A DNA stretch of 64,000 nt from an uncultured Verrucomicrobiae bacterium (lineage in GTDB: Bacteria > Verrucomicrobiota > Verrucomicrobiia > Chthoniobacterales > JAFAMB01), in NCBI GenBank assembly GCA_963762565.1, contig CAVXLD010000003.1, forward strand, positions 224,001 through 288,000, read 5' to 3'. The notes beneath the pieces were generated by a model. The model was not told the DNA's origin. It was given only the letters and a program-made list of their open reading frames with translations, and made no database searches. A program made the translations under genes and the position numbers. Numbering within the stretch: the stretch's first letter is position 1; each line of letters opens with the position of its first letter. This document shows positions 34,802 to 44,922 of this stretch, in pieces.

Positions 34802-35743
34802 GCGGACAAAATCCCGGCTCGTTAAAGTTGGAGCAAAAAATTCCGTTACCAGGCGTCATAGGAAGGATCGATCATTTTTCGGCTGATATTCAAGGAAACC
34901 GTCTGTTCGTAGTCGCCTTGGGAAACGGGTCGGTCGAGGTTCTCGATGTGGGGCGCGGGGAGCGCAGTTCTGAGATTAAAGGGCTGAAAGAGCCGCAGGG
35001 GGTTCTCTATGACGCTGCACGCAATCAGCTCTTTGTGGCTACGGGCGGTGACGGTAAGGTGCGCATTTACGATGGGAAATCCCTGGATCTGGAATCGACG
35101 GTCGATTTTGGTGATGACGCCGATAACCTCCGCGTCGATACCAAATCTGGAGATATCTGCGTAGGGTTTGGAAGCGGCGGGATCGGCACTATCGATTCCT
35201 CAGGCCAAAAAGTTGGAACGATCTCGTTGGGCAGCCACCCGGAATCGTTCCAGTTCGATGAAGCCGCGGACCGGGTCTACGTAAATGTTCCTAAACAATT
35301 GGGTGTCGCGGTCATCGATTGGAAGAAGCGTGCGGTAGTTGGGAAATGGGCCTTGGGTCTTTCTTTTGCAAACTACCCAATGGCCTTGGACCGGGCGAAT
35401 CGAAGGCTTTTCGTCGGATGTCGATTACCTGCGCGATTGGTGATCTTAAACGCAAACTCGGGCCAGGTTATCCAGACACTAGCGGCGGTCGGTGATGCTG
35501 ACGAGGTCTTCTACGACGAAAAAAGGCGATGCATTTACATAGTCGGCGGTGACGGCGCGATCGACATTTTTCGCCAAGATGATCCAGACCATTACGAGCC
35601 CGCGGCAGAACGGTTACGGCGCAGGCGCGCGAACTGGTTATTGGTGGCCGAGTTCTGATCGACTATACGTAGCAGCTCCAGCAAAGGGGGGACAAGCAGC
35701 CGCGGTGCTGGTGTATGCTGTAGGTGAAGCTTTGGGAAATTGA
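34708..35743 (+). CDS. YncE-family secreted beta-propeller, frameshift near 35610
   Basis: 'LPGVIGRIDHFSAD', 'HPESFQF', 'NYPMALD..NRRLFVGCR.PA'; C-terminus 'GARTGYW...RLYVAAPA' in the next frame. Confidence 0.8.
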
Positions 35744-35781
35744 AGAGTTCGTCGTGAGGCGCCTCGTTTTTGGAGTGTGGT

Positions 35782-35924
35782 GGGCCCATCGCCGGGAGGG
35801 ATCGCGTCCTCGTACGGCAGCTGCCGGATTGTGACCCAAACCGGAGACGTGTTTTGATCGTGGACGAAAATACGCCGGTGGGTGGTGGCACGTCATCGCG
35901 GCGCGCGGGGACGCGCGCCCTCCC
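35782..35924. repeat. REP family R2 element
   Basis: Same arms as 18536-18666; right arm repeated (interrupted) at 36290-36391. Confidence 0.75.
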
Positions 35925-36427
35925 CGAATTGTCGTAATCCAAAATGCCAATCGCAAGCTCTTTATTGGGTTGTGTTGGACGCGGGACGATTCGCGATCAC
36001 AAACCCGGGGCGCCAAATAGATGCGATGAAAGGCAAATGTAAGAAGCAACAGCGCGAATCCGAAGCATCAGTTGACATAGGTATATCGTAATGTAAGAGA
36101 TGTAACGAAAACTGGAAATACTTAGATGGACTTGTATGAAGTGTCAATCATTTCTCGGCGTCATTAGTGCTGCTACGCCGGTTGCCGGCCGTTGAAAACT
36201 TACTCTCCAGCGCCAATGAAAGCCGGGATCCATTGGGTAAGGCTTCTCATTTCATGCCTCTTTGCGTTTCTCCCGGCGGTCTCAAGCCGCGTCATCGCGG
36301 CGCGCGGGGATCCGACGTCGCCGCGCTGGGAGAAAAATCGATTTGGTTGCCTCAGGCTATGTCGGACAGGCAGCGCGCCCTCCCCGAATTGCACCCCGCG
36401 GCGGCGAAAGCGAAAGCCGGCGTTCAT

Positions 36428-38296
36428 TTAAAACCCTGGTGGCCTCAGATTCACAAAGCCGGACGTGGTTTGATAGGCGCGGGCGAAGGACAGGAGCTTC
36501 GGGTCCTGATAAAGGTTGCCGAGGAAAGTAATGCTGAGCGGTGTACCGGGTCCACCGATGCTGTCGTCGTCGCCGGTGTCGATCGCAGGCGGTTTAGGAG
36601 CGTCCTGGCCTCGGATACCATTTGGAACGATGACGGCGGGGTGTCCGGTGAGATTGGTGATGGTTAGCTGCGTGCCTGACGATGAAGGGACCACAATCAC
36701 ATCGACTTTGGAGAAGATTTCGGCCATAGCGCGCATCAACTCAGTTCGAGCCCGGTTGGCCTGGATATAATCAACTGCTGGAAAGAATCGGCTAACCCGG
36801 AACAAGTTGGGCCAATCCTCCGAGCCTTGCTCTGTAAGAAGGGCATCTCGTCCGCTCAGGGTTAGATCATCGAAGGCGGCCGCTGCTTCCGCGGTGAGAA
36901 GGTTGGCGATGGCGTCGACGGGAAAATCAGGGAGCTCGACCGGCTGAAGATCGATGCCCATTTTTTTGAGGCGTCCGAGTGTGGCCACATCGTACTGGCG
37001 GTCGTAATCGGCGCGGGCCCGAGCAGCGGCGCGATCCGCCTTTCCGTCATCCCATTCTTTCAACTCCTCTGGGCTGGCGTCGTCCGGCGGAGTATCGTCT
37101 TGTTTCGGTGGTTCAAAGGCGCTCTTGGCATAACCGACCTTGAGTGAACGCCAATCGAATTTTGCGTCCCAAGAAAACGGGGCTGCATGAACGGTGAGAT
37201 CGGAGCCGTCCGGGCCGTAGATCGCTTGCATCACCAACGCACAGTCTTCCACGGAGCGGCAGATCGGTCCGAGTTTATCCATCGTCCAGGCCAGAGCCAT
37301 CGCTCCGGTGCGAGGTACAAAACCAAAAGTTGGTCGGTAACCGCTGGTGGCGCAGCGAGTTGAGGGAGAGGAGATCGAACCGAGGGTCTCAGATCCGATC
37401 GCGAACCCGAGGCATCCGGTTGCAGTTGCAGAGGCTGAGCCCGCCGATGAACCGCTTGAGCCTTGATCGGGATTCCACGGGTTTCGAGTCCTGCCGCCGA
37501 ACCATTTGTCACCCATGGCCAGCGCGCCAAGAGTGAGTTTTGCCACCAGGATAGCGCCCGCTTCGTCCAAGCGTTTAACCACGGTCGCATCGGCATCGAA
37601 GGCTTGTTCCTGAAACCCGCCTGCACCCCAAGTGGTGGGATAATCTTTAACGGCAAGCAGATCCTTGGCGCCCCAAGGAATTCCATGAAGCGGTCCACGG
37701 TAGCGACCGGCGGCAATCTCTCGATCGACTTCCTTTGCCTGGGCTATGGCGCGCTCGTCAGTCAGGGTGATGAGAAAATGAAGCCGCGAATCAAGGCGCT
37801 TGAGTCGAGCCAAATACATTTGGGTAAGGTCGACTGCCTTGATCTTTTGCCGTCTTAAAAGGTCTCCTAACTCCCGCACCGGGGAATAGGCAAGCTGCTC
37901 GAGATCCTTTGGGACTTCCGAATCCGCGATGTTTGGCGCCTCGCTAATCGCCTTGGCAGTTCGTACCGGTTCCGTCTCGGTGGGAAATCGCGAGACGAGG
38001 AGCGGATCGAATCGATAAGCCGGGGGCACATCATTTTTCAGATTAAGTTTGCGTACGGCTTTGATCCCGCGCAGCTGCTGATTAAGCTTTACCAGCATAT
38101 CTTTCTTCTGACCTGGCGTGATGGAGACCCCGGCCAAAAATGCGGCCTCATCGATCATGGTGTCGTCGATCTGCATCGTCGGGTTTTGCGAAGCCAGCGC
38201 GTACAGAGCGCCGGCAAAAAAATTGGAGGTCACGCCGATGCCGGCGCAAGCCGCGAGAAAAGCACGTCGATTGGCGTGTCTAACCAGGTCATTCAT
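36428..38296 (-). CDS. Amidase-signature family protein with Tat-like leader
   Basis: 'RRAFLAAC' leader; 'GPLHGIPWGAKD', 'GSSGSSAGSA', 'GSETLGSI'. Confidence 0.9.
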   Translation of the reverse strand: MNDLVRHANRRAFLAACAGIGVTSNFFAGALYALASQNPTMQIDDTMIDEAAFLAGVSITPGQKKDMLVKLNQQLRGIKAVRKLNLKNDVPPAYRFDPLLVSRFPTETEPVRTAKAISEAPNIADSEVPKDLEQLAYSPVRELGDLLRRQKIKAVDLTQMYLARLKRLDSRLHFLITLTDERAIAQAKEVDREIAAGRYRGPLHGIPWGAKDLLAVKDYPTTWGAGGFQEQAFDADATVVKRLDEAGAILVAKLTLGALAMGDKWFGGRTRNPWNPDQGSSGSSAGSASATATGCLGFAIGSETLGSISSPSTRCATSGYRPTFGFVPRTGAMALAWTMDKLGPICRSVEDCALVMQAIYGPDGSDLTVHAAPFSWDAKFDWRSLKVGYAKSAFEPPKQDDTPPDDASPEELKEWDDGKADRAAARARADYDRQYDVATLGRLKKMGIDLQPVELPDFPVDAIANLLTAEAAAAFDDLTLSGRDALLTEQGSEDWPNLFRVSRFFPAVDYIQANRARTELMRAMAEIFSKVDVIVVPSSSGTQLTITNLTGHPAVIVPNGIRGQDAPKPPAIDTGDDDSIGGPGTPLSITFLGNLYQDPKLLSFARAYQTTSGFVNLRPPGF

Positions 38297-38349
38297 AGGG
38301 GATTTAAGCCTTTTGTAGTTTGGCGGCTCTCCGCACGAAAGAAGAAAAA

Positions 38350-38583
38350 TCTCACGCAAAGACGCAAAGGCGCAAGGGTTAAGGCATTTCACAGAAGATC
38401 ACAAAGGACACAGAGGCAGATTTCAAACAGGAGCTAACAGAGGTAACGGAGGTTCTGACCCAAATCGGCTTTGCCTTCGGCACATGCTATATACTTCCCC
38501 TTTTTCAAAAAGTCTGTCTTTGTGTCCTTCGTGATCTTCTGTTGAATGTCTTAAACTTTGCGGCTTTGCGTCTTTGCGTGAGT
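38350..38583. repeat. Nested inverted repeats built from 8-9-nt tandem units
   Basis: ctcacgcaaagacgcaaaggcgcaa / ctttgcggctttgcgtctttgcgtgag; acagaagatcacaaaggacaca / tgtgtccttcgtgatcttctgt. Confidence 0.75.
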
Positions 38584-38652
38584 TTTTCATCTTGGCGTAG
38601 ATCTAACTCCCGGGTATACGAGACGGCCGTGTAGTGAACGGCACGCCTGGCC

Positions 38653-39783
38653 ATGAGTTTTCGATCCAAACTAGCCCCTAAGCGCAGTCGCCGGCTTTTG
38701 GCTTGCGATGGCGGCGGGATGCGAGGGCTGATCAGTATCGAGGTGCTAGCCAGGGTCGAAAAAGAGCTGCGTGGCCTCACCGGTCAACCAGCGTTGGTCC
38801 TGGCTGATTTCTTTGATTACGTAGGAGGGACAAGTTGTGGCGCCATCATCGCTGCTCTGATTGCGATGGGGAAATCAATGGACGATATCAGGACGTTCTT
38901 TGTCGCCTCTTGTCCAGACATGTTTCTCAAGGCTAGGCTTTGGGAAAGGTGGCACTCTAAGTTTCGCAATGATGCGCTTTCGGCCCGTTTGCGCGGGTTA
39001 TTCGGCGACGCCAAATTGGGCTCGGACCGTCTCCAAACCTTGCTGATGCTGGTTTTATCGAATGCCAGTACTAGCTCGCCTTGGCCGGTCTGTAATAACC
39101 CGGCAGCAATGTATAACGACCGCCGGCTGCCCGACTGTAACTTGGAACTGCCATTGTGGCAGCTGGTTCGGGCCAGCACAGCTGCGCCAACTTATTTTCC
39201 GCCGGAAGTAATCAACATCGGGACTCGATCGTTTGTCTTTGTGGACGGCGCTATGACCATGTACCACAACCCGGCTTTCCAGCTTTTCTTGATGGCTACC
39301 GCTGAGGTTTACCGATTGGGTTGGGAGGTCGGTGTTGATCGGCTCCTGTTAATGTCGGTTGGCAGCGGCAACAGTACCGGGACTGAGGCCAACCTGAGTC
39401 CGCAGGAAATGAATATCCTATATCATGCCAGCCGAGTACCCGCTTCGCTCCTGGCAGCTGCCCAACAAGAACAAGATTTCCTCTGCCGGATCTTTGGCGA
39501 GACGTTGGAGGGGGAACCACTGGATTCGGAGATTGGCGATGTTCGGGGTAAGGGCATTCCCGGTAGTCCGAAGTTGTTTAGTTACGTACGCTATAATGCT
39601 GAGCTGTCTCGAGCGGGCCTAGATTGGCTCGGTTTACCAAATGTTAATCCAGCCCATGTGCATCCGATGGATGCAGTCGAGTTCCTGGACGAGGTTCGGC
39701 AGATCGGTGTTGCGTTGGGCGAGAGGAAAGTAACACCGGAACATTTTGCCCAATTCATCCCGGAGGAGGTCAACCGCAGATGA
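38653..39783 (+). CDS. Patatin-like phospholipase
   Basis: 'DGGGMRG', 'GTSCG' (GxSxG), 'ASTAAPTYF', 'FVDGA'. Confidence 0.9.
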   Translation: MSFRSKLAPKRSRRLLACDGGGMRGLISIEVLARVEKELRGLTGQPALVLADFFDYVGGTSCGAIIAALIAMGKSMDDIRTFFVASCPDMFLKARLWERWHSKFRNDALSARLRGLFGDAKLGSDRLQTLLMLVLSNASTSSPWPVCNNPAAMYNDRRLPDCNLELPLWQLVRASTAAPTYFPPEVINIGTRSFVFVDGAMTMYHNPAFQLFLMATAEVYRLGWEVGVDRLLLMSVGSGNSTGTEANLSPQEMNILYHASRVPASLLAAAQQEQDFLCRIFGETLEGEPLDSEIGDVRGKGIPGSPKLFSYVRYNAELSRAGLDWLGLPNVNPAHVHPMDAVEFLDEVRQIGVALGERKVTPEHFAQFIPEEVNRR

Positions 39784-40040
39784 ACGCAGATTGACGCAGA
39801 CAAAAGACCAACCGCGAATGGACGCGAATCCGCCGATCACGGAGAGAAAGGATTATCCGCAGATTACGCAGATTTCGTTTCAAGGCCGGACTTAGCGGCT
39901 GAGCCTTTGAAACCGCTCTGATAGCACCAGCGCCTCTAGCTCGTTGGCGGCGATCAACCTGACGGCCAAATCTGCGTAAATCTGCGTCCATCTGCGGTTA
40001 ATTCGTTTTTGTCTTCCTGGTCTTTGTGATCTTCTGTGTA
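39772..40040. repeat. Nested inverted repeats of cgcagat units
   Basis: aaccgcagatgaacgcagattgacgcaga ... aatctgcgtaaatctgcgtccatctgcggtt; the left arm contains the patatin stop codon. Confidence 0.7.
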
Positions 40041-40067
40041 AGTTGTTAGGTTGGTCAGCTAATACGT

Positions 40068-40502
40068 GTGAAGACAGTTTATATCCTGAATGGTCCGAAT
40101 CTGAATTTGCTTGGCACTCGTGAGCCCGAGATTTACGGGAAAACCACGCTGGCTGAGATCGAGGAGTCCTGCCGGAATTTTGGGTCGAAGCATGGGCTGG
40201 AGATCGAGTTTCTCCAAAGCAATCACGAGGGCCAGTTGATTGATTGGATCCAGGATGCCGGGAAAAAGAGCCAAGGAATTCTGATTAATCCGGCCGCCTA
40301 CACGCACACTTCGATTGCGATCCGGGATGCGTTAAGCGCCGTCCAGGTCCCGGTGATAGAAATCCATTTGTCGAATGTTCATCGGCGGGAACATTTTCGT
40401 CATCGGTCATACGTTTCTCAGGTAGCGACCGGTGTGATCTGCGGGTTCGGGGCGGCAGGGTATGTGTTGGGGTTGCAGGCTCTGCTGGGGTTAGATTGGT
40501 AG
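40068..40502 (+). CDS. aroQ: Type II 3-dehydroquinate dehydratase
   Basis: '[18 protein letters not shown]', 'QSNHEG', 'NPAAYTHTS', '[14 protein letters not shown]'. Confidence 0.97.
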   Translation: MKTVYILNGPNLNLLGTREPEIYGKTTLAEIEESCRNFGSKHGLEIEFLQSNHEGQLIDWIQDAGKKSQGILINPAAYTHTSIAIRDALSAVQVPVIEIHLSNVHRREHFRHRSYVSQVATGVICGFGAAGYVLGLQALLGLDW

Positions 40503-40709
40503 GGCGAGGCTCCGGAATAGCCGAATAGGGATCGCAGGGCGAAATGACGTTTCGTTGGTTTATAGGGCGCCACGCATGAAAGCTGCCGAGCCGTGGGTTG
40601 CGCGACCCACGGCTCGGCAGCGTGGAGACGTGGTATCCTACTGACCAACGAGACGCCGCTTGGCACCGCGAGTCTATTCGGCTATTCCGGAGCCTCGCCC
40701 TACCAATCT
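40493..40709. repeat. MITE/REP family R1 element with ~36-bp perfect TIR
   Basis: agattggtagggcgaggctccggaatagccgaatag ... ctattcggctattccggagcctcgccctaccaatct; contains the aroQ TAG. Confidence 0.8.
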
Positions 40710-43546
40710 TAATTTTCCCGGAACAGCGACTCCTCAATGCGCAGATCGCAGGTCATGAGATCGGGTACGCCGGGTTCCAGTGGTGGTCGGCGGATCAGCT
40801 CGCCGGGGTCCTGCTCGGTGAAGGCGGATTGACCTGCATTAAGACTGAACCGGCGGAGTGGTTGATCCGTTTCGCGGTTCACGACGGTAAGCTCAAGGGG
40901 CAGCTGAACCGAAATCTTGGGATGCAGCGATGGATATAAAGCGGTCGCGCGGTAGCGTAAGCCGGCCACTAATTCTCGCGGTGAGAGCGAGCGGAATGAG
41001 AGTTCTCTGCCGTTAATGTAAATGGCATAGTTACGATGCGTATCCGTACTAATAGCGAACTCTAGACGTCCTATCGAGGTATCGACGAATCGGCTGGTGG
41101 TGCCACCATCAATCGGTGTGTCAGAAAGCAGCGGCCAAGCCTCTAACGCTCGCCTAACGGTTAATCCTTCAAAGGTGAGCAGAAGAGCAAATCGCCAATC
41201 CCAAATTTGTCGGAAGATGGCGGGATCGAAAGCGAAACCGAACTCCGCCAGATCGGTAAGCACGTCGCTGAGATCCATCCAAAGCGGGGTTGGCAAAAAG
41301 TACCGATCATGCAGATGATCTCCCCAGTCCTTCAAGCTGGTTTGGTAAGGCTTCTCCAGAAGATAAGCCAACAGTGAGCGGAACAAGAGGGCAACACCGG
41401 AGATCCAATCCGTCCTGGGTAAACTTTCAACGGCCCTGAACTCGATCAGTCCGAGAAATCCGCTCGGTGGACTCCAGAACTTGTCAAAACTGATTTCGCT
41501 CCGGTGCGGGTTCCCGCTGCTATCGGTATGGAGATGGCGCACGATTTCGCTGATCGCGCCGCGTTGATCTCCTGCGGGTAGTTTTTCGAGTTGGCGATAA
41601 GCGAGTTCCAGATCGAGCAAGCGTTGACCGCTCTCATCTGGTCGGGGGGCTTGTGCGGAAGGTCCAACGTAGGCGCCGGTAAACAAATACGATAGCGAGG
41701 GATGACGCTGCCAATAACGCAAGATCGATGCGAGCCAAACTGGGCGAGCGAAGAAAGGGTTCTGTTCAAGCGTGGCGCCACCAAACAGAACATGGTTTCC
41801 GCCTCCCGTCCCGAAAATCGTAGTACTCTCCTTGTGAGCTCGTAACCCGATCGAGGAAGCGATTCTCGACAATCGATCGACCCAGTCTCCGTATTCTTGC
41901 CAGGACAAGCACGCCGGTAGATTGACTTCCAGTACACCGGGATCTGCTGTAAAAACCAGGTGTGACCAGCTAGGCGGGGTGTCGACAGGCGCGTACCCCT
42001 GCCAATTTACGGAAACGGATTGGAGGAGCTCCGAGCAGATGCGGATCAACTGTTCGAACGGACCAGCCAACAGGGGTGGAAGAAATAACTCCACATGATC
42101 CGAAGCCAGGTCGATGACCATTGCTCGCCGTAAAGCTTCTGGAGGCAGGTCCTGCATCGGTAGGCGTAGACCGCTTGGTCCTTCGGCTGGCGTGAGCTCG
42201 AATCTACGGAGGTTCCATTTTTCCGTCCGCCATCGATCCTCTTGGTGATCGAGCGGTAAGACCCAGACCGATTTTTTTGGTTCTTTCGGGTCGACGGCCT
42301 TCAGCCAACGATCTTCTAGACCGAGCTTTTGGACAACACCGTCCCGAAATAGTTTAGCCACCCGTTCATCCGGCTTGTCTTCCCGGGCTTCTCCGGAGAG
42401 CTCGAATGGCTTTTCCGGGCGCAGAACATGTACCGCCCAGCGAGGATTCACTTCACCGGGGTAAAGTTTACCCGGAGAATAGAGCAACAGCGAACCTGGC
42501 CAAACCTCTTTCTCGACGGCCCGAGCAAACGCGTACGCGTAAAGCAGTTTGGTAGGACCAACCGCCGCGAAATTCCACTCCGGTCCTTCGGGATCTTCGG
42601 GTACATAGGTCGGTTCACCACCCATGGTGAGCAGCACGCTTTTGGTTTGCAGGACCTGCTCAACCTGGCCGGCAATCTGAAGAGGATCTTCCTGGGTAAA
42701 CAGACCCACCTGAAGTCTTGATTCGAATGTGCCGGGAATTTTTTCCTGTCCGAAGTAGCTGCCTTCGATTGGTGCTACATCGATTAGCGACACCCCAACC
42801 GCGGTGGGAATGAATCGATGATCGCAAAAAGACCCGTTGGTTGGATCGATGCCGACCCATCCGGCCCCCGGCAGGAATACCTCGACCCAGGCATGAAGAG
42901 CACTTTCAGGCCGGCGATCAGGAACATCGACTTGGAAATCGCATAGGAATCCGCTGACCAATCGTACGGCCAGGCCCTGTTTCCGCATAATGGTTGCGCA
43001 GAGCAGGGCGGTATCCCGGCACGCGCCGGATCGTAGCTCAAGCGTTTTCGCCGGTAACCGAGCATCTCCATCTTCGCGCACCTCGTAAGCGATCTCGTTG
43101 TGCAGAACTTGGGCGAGTTCGACCAGCGCCTCGACCGTGTCCCGTTTGTTTCCAAAGCGCCAGAGATGGTCAGGATCGAAATCCTCCTCGGGTTTCACGG
43201 TCAAAAAGGGCTCCAAAACTTTGGCTTCCTCGGCCGAATAGGTAAAAGGAATTTCGGTTGCGCGTGGCGCCAAAAGAAAATGAAACGGGTTCTTTGGCCA
43301 TAGCTCGACGTCCAGCCGGGTACGGAGCTCCAAGGTATCTGCCGGCTGAGGGAAAAAACAATTTGCGACCAGGTTATCGAAAAGATCCCGGCGATAGTGG
43401 ACATCACCGGTAACGTTAATCAGCGTCTCCAATCGATGGGTTATGATCGCTTGGTCTGTCCGCGGGTAGAGACGGATCCGATGCGGCGAAAAGCTGACCG
43501 GCTTTTCGTAACTGTACTTCATACAGTTTTCGATTTGGATACGCAT
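40709..43546 (-). CDS. Transglutaminase (Bact_transglu_N + core) fused to DUF2126 putative amidoligase
   Basis: 'SGACRD', 'LHAWVEVFLPGAGWVGIDPTNG', 'LTMGGEPT', 'DPGVLEVN', 'GTGGGNH', 'GNPHRSEISFDK'. Confidence 0.9.
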   Translation of the reverse strand: MRIQIENCMKYSYEKPVSFSPHRIRLYPRTDQAIITHRLETLINVTGDVHYRRDLFDNLVANCFFPQPADTLELRTRLDVELWPKNPFHFLLAPRATEIPFTYSAEEAKVLEPFLTVKPEEDFDPDHLWRFGNKRDTVEALVELAQVLHNEIAYEVREDGDARLPAKTLELRSGACRDTALLCATIMRKQGLAVRLVSGFLCDFQVDVPDRRPESALHAWVEVFLPGAGWVGIDPTNGSFCDHRFIPTAVGVSLIDVAPIEGSYFGQEKIPGTFESRLQVGLFTQEDPLQIAGQVEQVLQTKSVLLTMGGEPTYVPEDPEGPEWNFAAVGPTKLLYAYAFARAVEKEVWPGSLLLYSPGKLYPGEVNPRWAVHVLRPEKPFELSGEAREDKPDERVAKLFRDGVVQKLGLEDRWLKAVDPKEPKKSVWVLPLDHQEDRWRTEKWNLRRFELTPAEGPSGLRLPMQDLPPEALRRAMVIDLASDHVELFLPPLLAGPFEQLIRICSELLQSVSVNWQGYAPVDTPPSWSHLVFTADPGVLEVNLPACLSWQEYGDWVDRLSRIASSIGLRAHKESTTIFGTGGGNHVLFGGATLEQNPFFARPVWLASILRYWQRHPSLSYLFTGAYVGPSAQAPRPDESGQRLLDLELAYRQLEKLPAGDQRGAISEIVRHLHTDSSGNPHRSEISFDKFWSPPSGFLGLIEFRAVESLPRTDWISGVALLFRSLLAYLLEKPYQTSLKDWGDHLHDRYFLPTPLWMDLSDVLTDLAEFGFAFDPAIFRQIWDWRFALLLTFEGLTVRRALEAWPLLSDTPIDGGTTSRFVDTSIGRLEFAISTDTHRNYAIYINGRELSFRSLSPRELVAGLRYRATALYPSLHPKISVQLPLELTVVNRETDQPLRRFSLNAGQSAFTEQDPGELIRRPPLEPGVPDLMTCDLRIEESLFREN

Positions 43547-43557
43547 GGTTAAGGAGG

Positions 43558-43668
43558 CGAAACGGCGAAACGGCGAGTGGGCGAGTGGGCGAAACGGCGA
43601 AACGGCGAAACGGCGAATGGGCGTGTCTGCGAGTCGCCCCTTCGCCGTTTCGCCCTTTCGCCGTTTCG
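43558..43668. repeat. Inverted arrays of the aaacggcg octamer
   Basis: (cgaaacgg)n ... ttcgccgtttcgccctttcgccgtttcg; similar arrays at ~44675-44915. Confidence 0.7.
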
Positions 43669-43729
43669 AGGTTTTTTCATGTTCTGCGCGTTACCTCGAT
43701 GTAATCTGTCATTTGTCATACGTGTAGCG

Positions 43730-44629
43730 TTAGGCAACGCCCGTTGCGGGCGGGGAGGTTTTCAGACGTCGCACTCGGACCCTGACCTTAATGGATTGGC
43801 TGCCGGCGCCTTTAAATGTGCCACGCACGGGAGCGGCGTCGCTCGCGTCTCGTCCGAAGGAAACCGCGATATGTTGCTCACCACACCAACAGTTGTTGGT
43901 TGGATCCAACGCAACCCATGTTTGTCCGGGGACCAGCACTTCGACCCAGGCATGCGTTGCCACTGAGCCAACCAACACCGGCAAGCCGTTACCGGTCGAC
44001 GGCGGCGGCGACGTTTCGATATACCCGCAGACGTATCGGGCGGGTAACCCGGCGGTTCGAAGCACGCTGAGCATGATATGGGCAAAGTCTTGACATACTC
44101 CTTTTCGAGCTTTCCAGACGAAACCCACATCAGTCGAAAATTTGGTTGAACCTTGTTCGTACTCGAAAGTCTCGTAGATACTGCGGTTCAGTTGTTCAAG
44201 GCCTTCACGGACGATCCCGTTTCCCCGAAGGTACCGTTTGGCCCATTGCGTGGCATCTCTTCCAATTTTGACCATTTCTGTGGGCTGCAAATAGTCGAAG
44301 GAGAAAGGCAGCGTGGAAGTAAGGATTTGCCGGGATTCTTGGACGCTGAGCGCCAAGCTCGGTTCGGGCAGAGGTGAGCGGGTGGTGCTGACGACGGCTT
44401 CGCTTTCGATAACCAGGCGAGAGTGCCGGAACGGGAGTGAAATAACCGATACTTGATTCCCAAAGTAATCTTCGTAATCGGACGGAGTTACGGTCGGATC
44501 TAAAGTGAGCGTATGCCTCTTGACCGCCTGATCCCGCCGATTGAGCGGTTTCAACCGGAGCTCGAGATACGCTTCCGCCACTGGCGCCGTGTAATGGTAA
44601 TCGGTAACATGAGAAACGCGGAAGAGCAT
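43730..44629 (-). CDS. Transglutaminase family protein (Bact_transglu_N)
   Basis: 'FRVSHVTDYHY', 'GVCQDFAH', 'PARYVCGY', 'THAWVEV', 'DPTNN', 'GRDASDAAPVRG'. Confidence 0.92.
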   Translation of the reverse strand: MLFRVSHVTDYHYTAPVAEAYLELRLKPLNRRDQAVKRHTLTLDPTVTPSDYEDYFGNQVSVISLPFRHSRLVIESEAVVSTTRSPLPEPSLALSVQESRQILTSTLPFSFDYLQPTEMVKIGRDATQWAKRYLRGNGIVREGLEQLNRSIYETFEYEQGSTKFSTDVGFVWKARKGVCQDFAHIMLSVLRTAGLPARYVCGYIETSPPPSTGNGLPVLVGSVATHAWVEVLVPGQTWVALDPTNNCWCGEQHIAVSFGRDASDAAPVRGTFKGAGSQSIKVRVRVRRLKTSPPATGVA

Positions 44630-44922
44630 GCCCTGGACGGGTTCTTATGCCATGCATGGGAGGAACGCAAGCGGGGGCGAGTGGGCGAGTGGGCGAAACG
44701 GCGGTAGGGCGAAAATCTCGGCGCGCCGCGGATGGGCTATTCACGCTATGCTTGCACGCGCCGAGACCCGCCGCCGCTACGCTTTGGCGCGGCCCTGTTC
44801 TGCAACTTGTCACACCCGAACGCCGGCCGCGACGTAGGCTTTGCGAAGTCGGGTTTTCGCCCTACCGGGCGCATTTCGACGTGTCGCCCATTCGCCGGTG
44901 CGCCCTTTCGCCCATTCGTTCC

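Noticed and set aside
38653..39783. Patatin as a CBASS CapV effector
   Set aside because: No CD-NTase or other defence genes nearby; flanked by amidase and aroQ
43558..43668. Short tandem arrays as CRISPR repeats or iterons
   Set aside because: Units are 7-9 nt with inverted partners; no spacers and no rep gene
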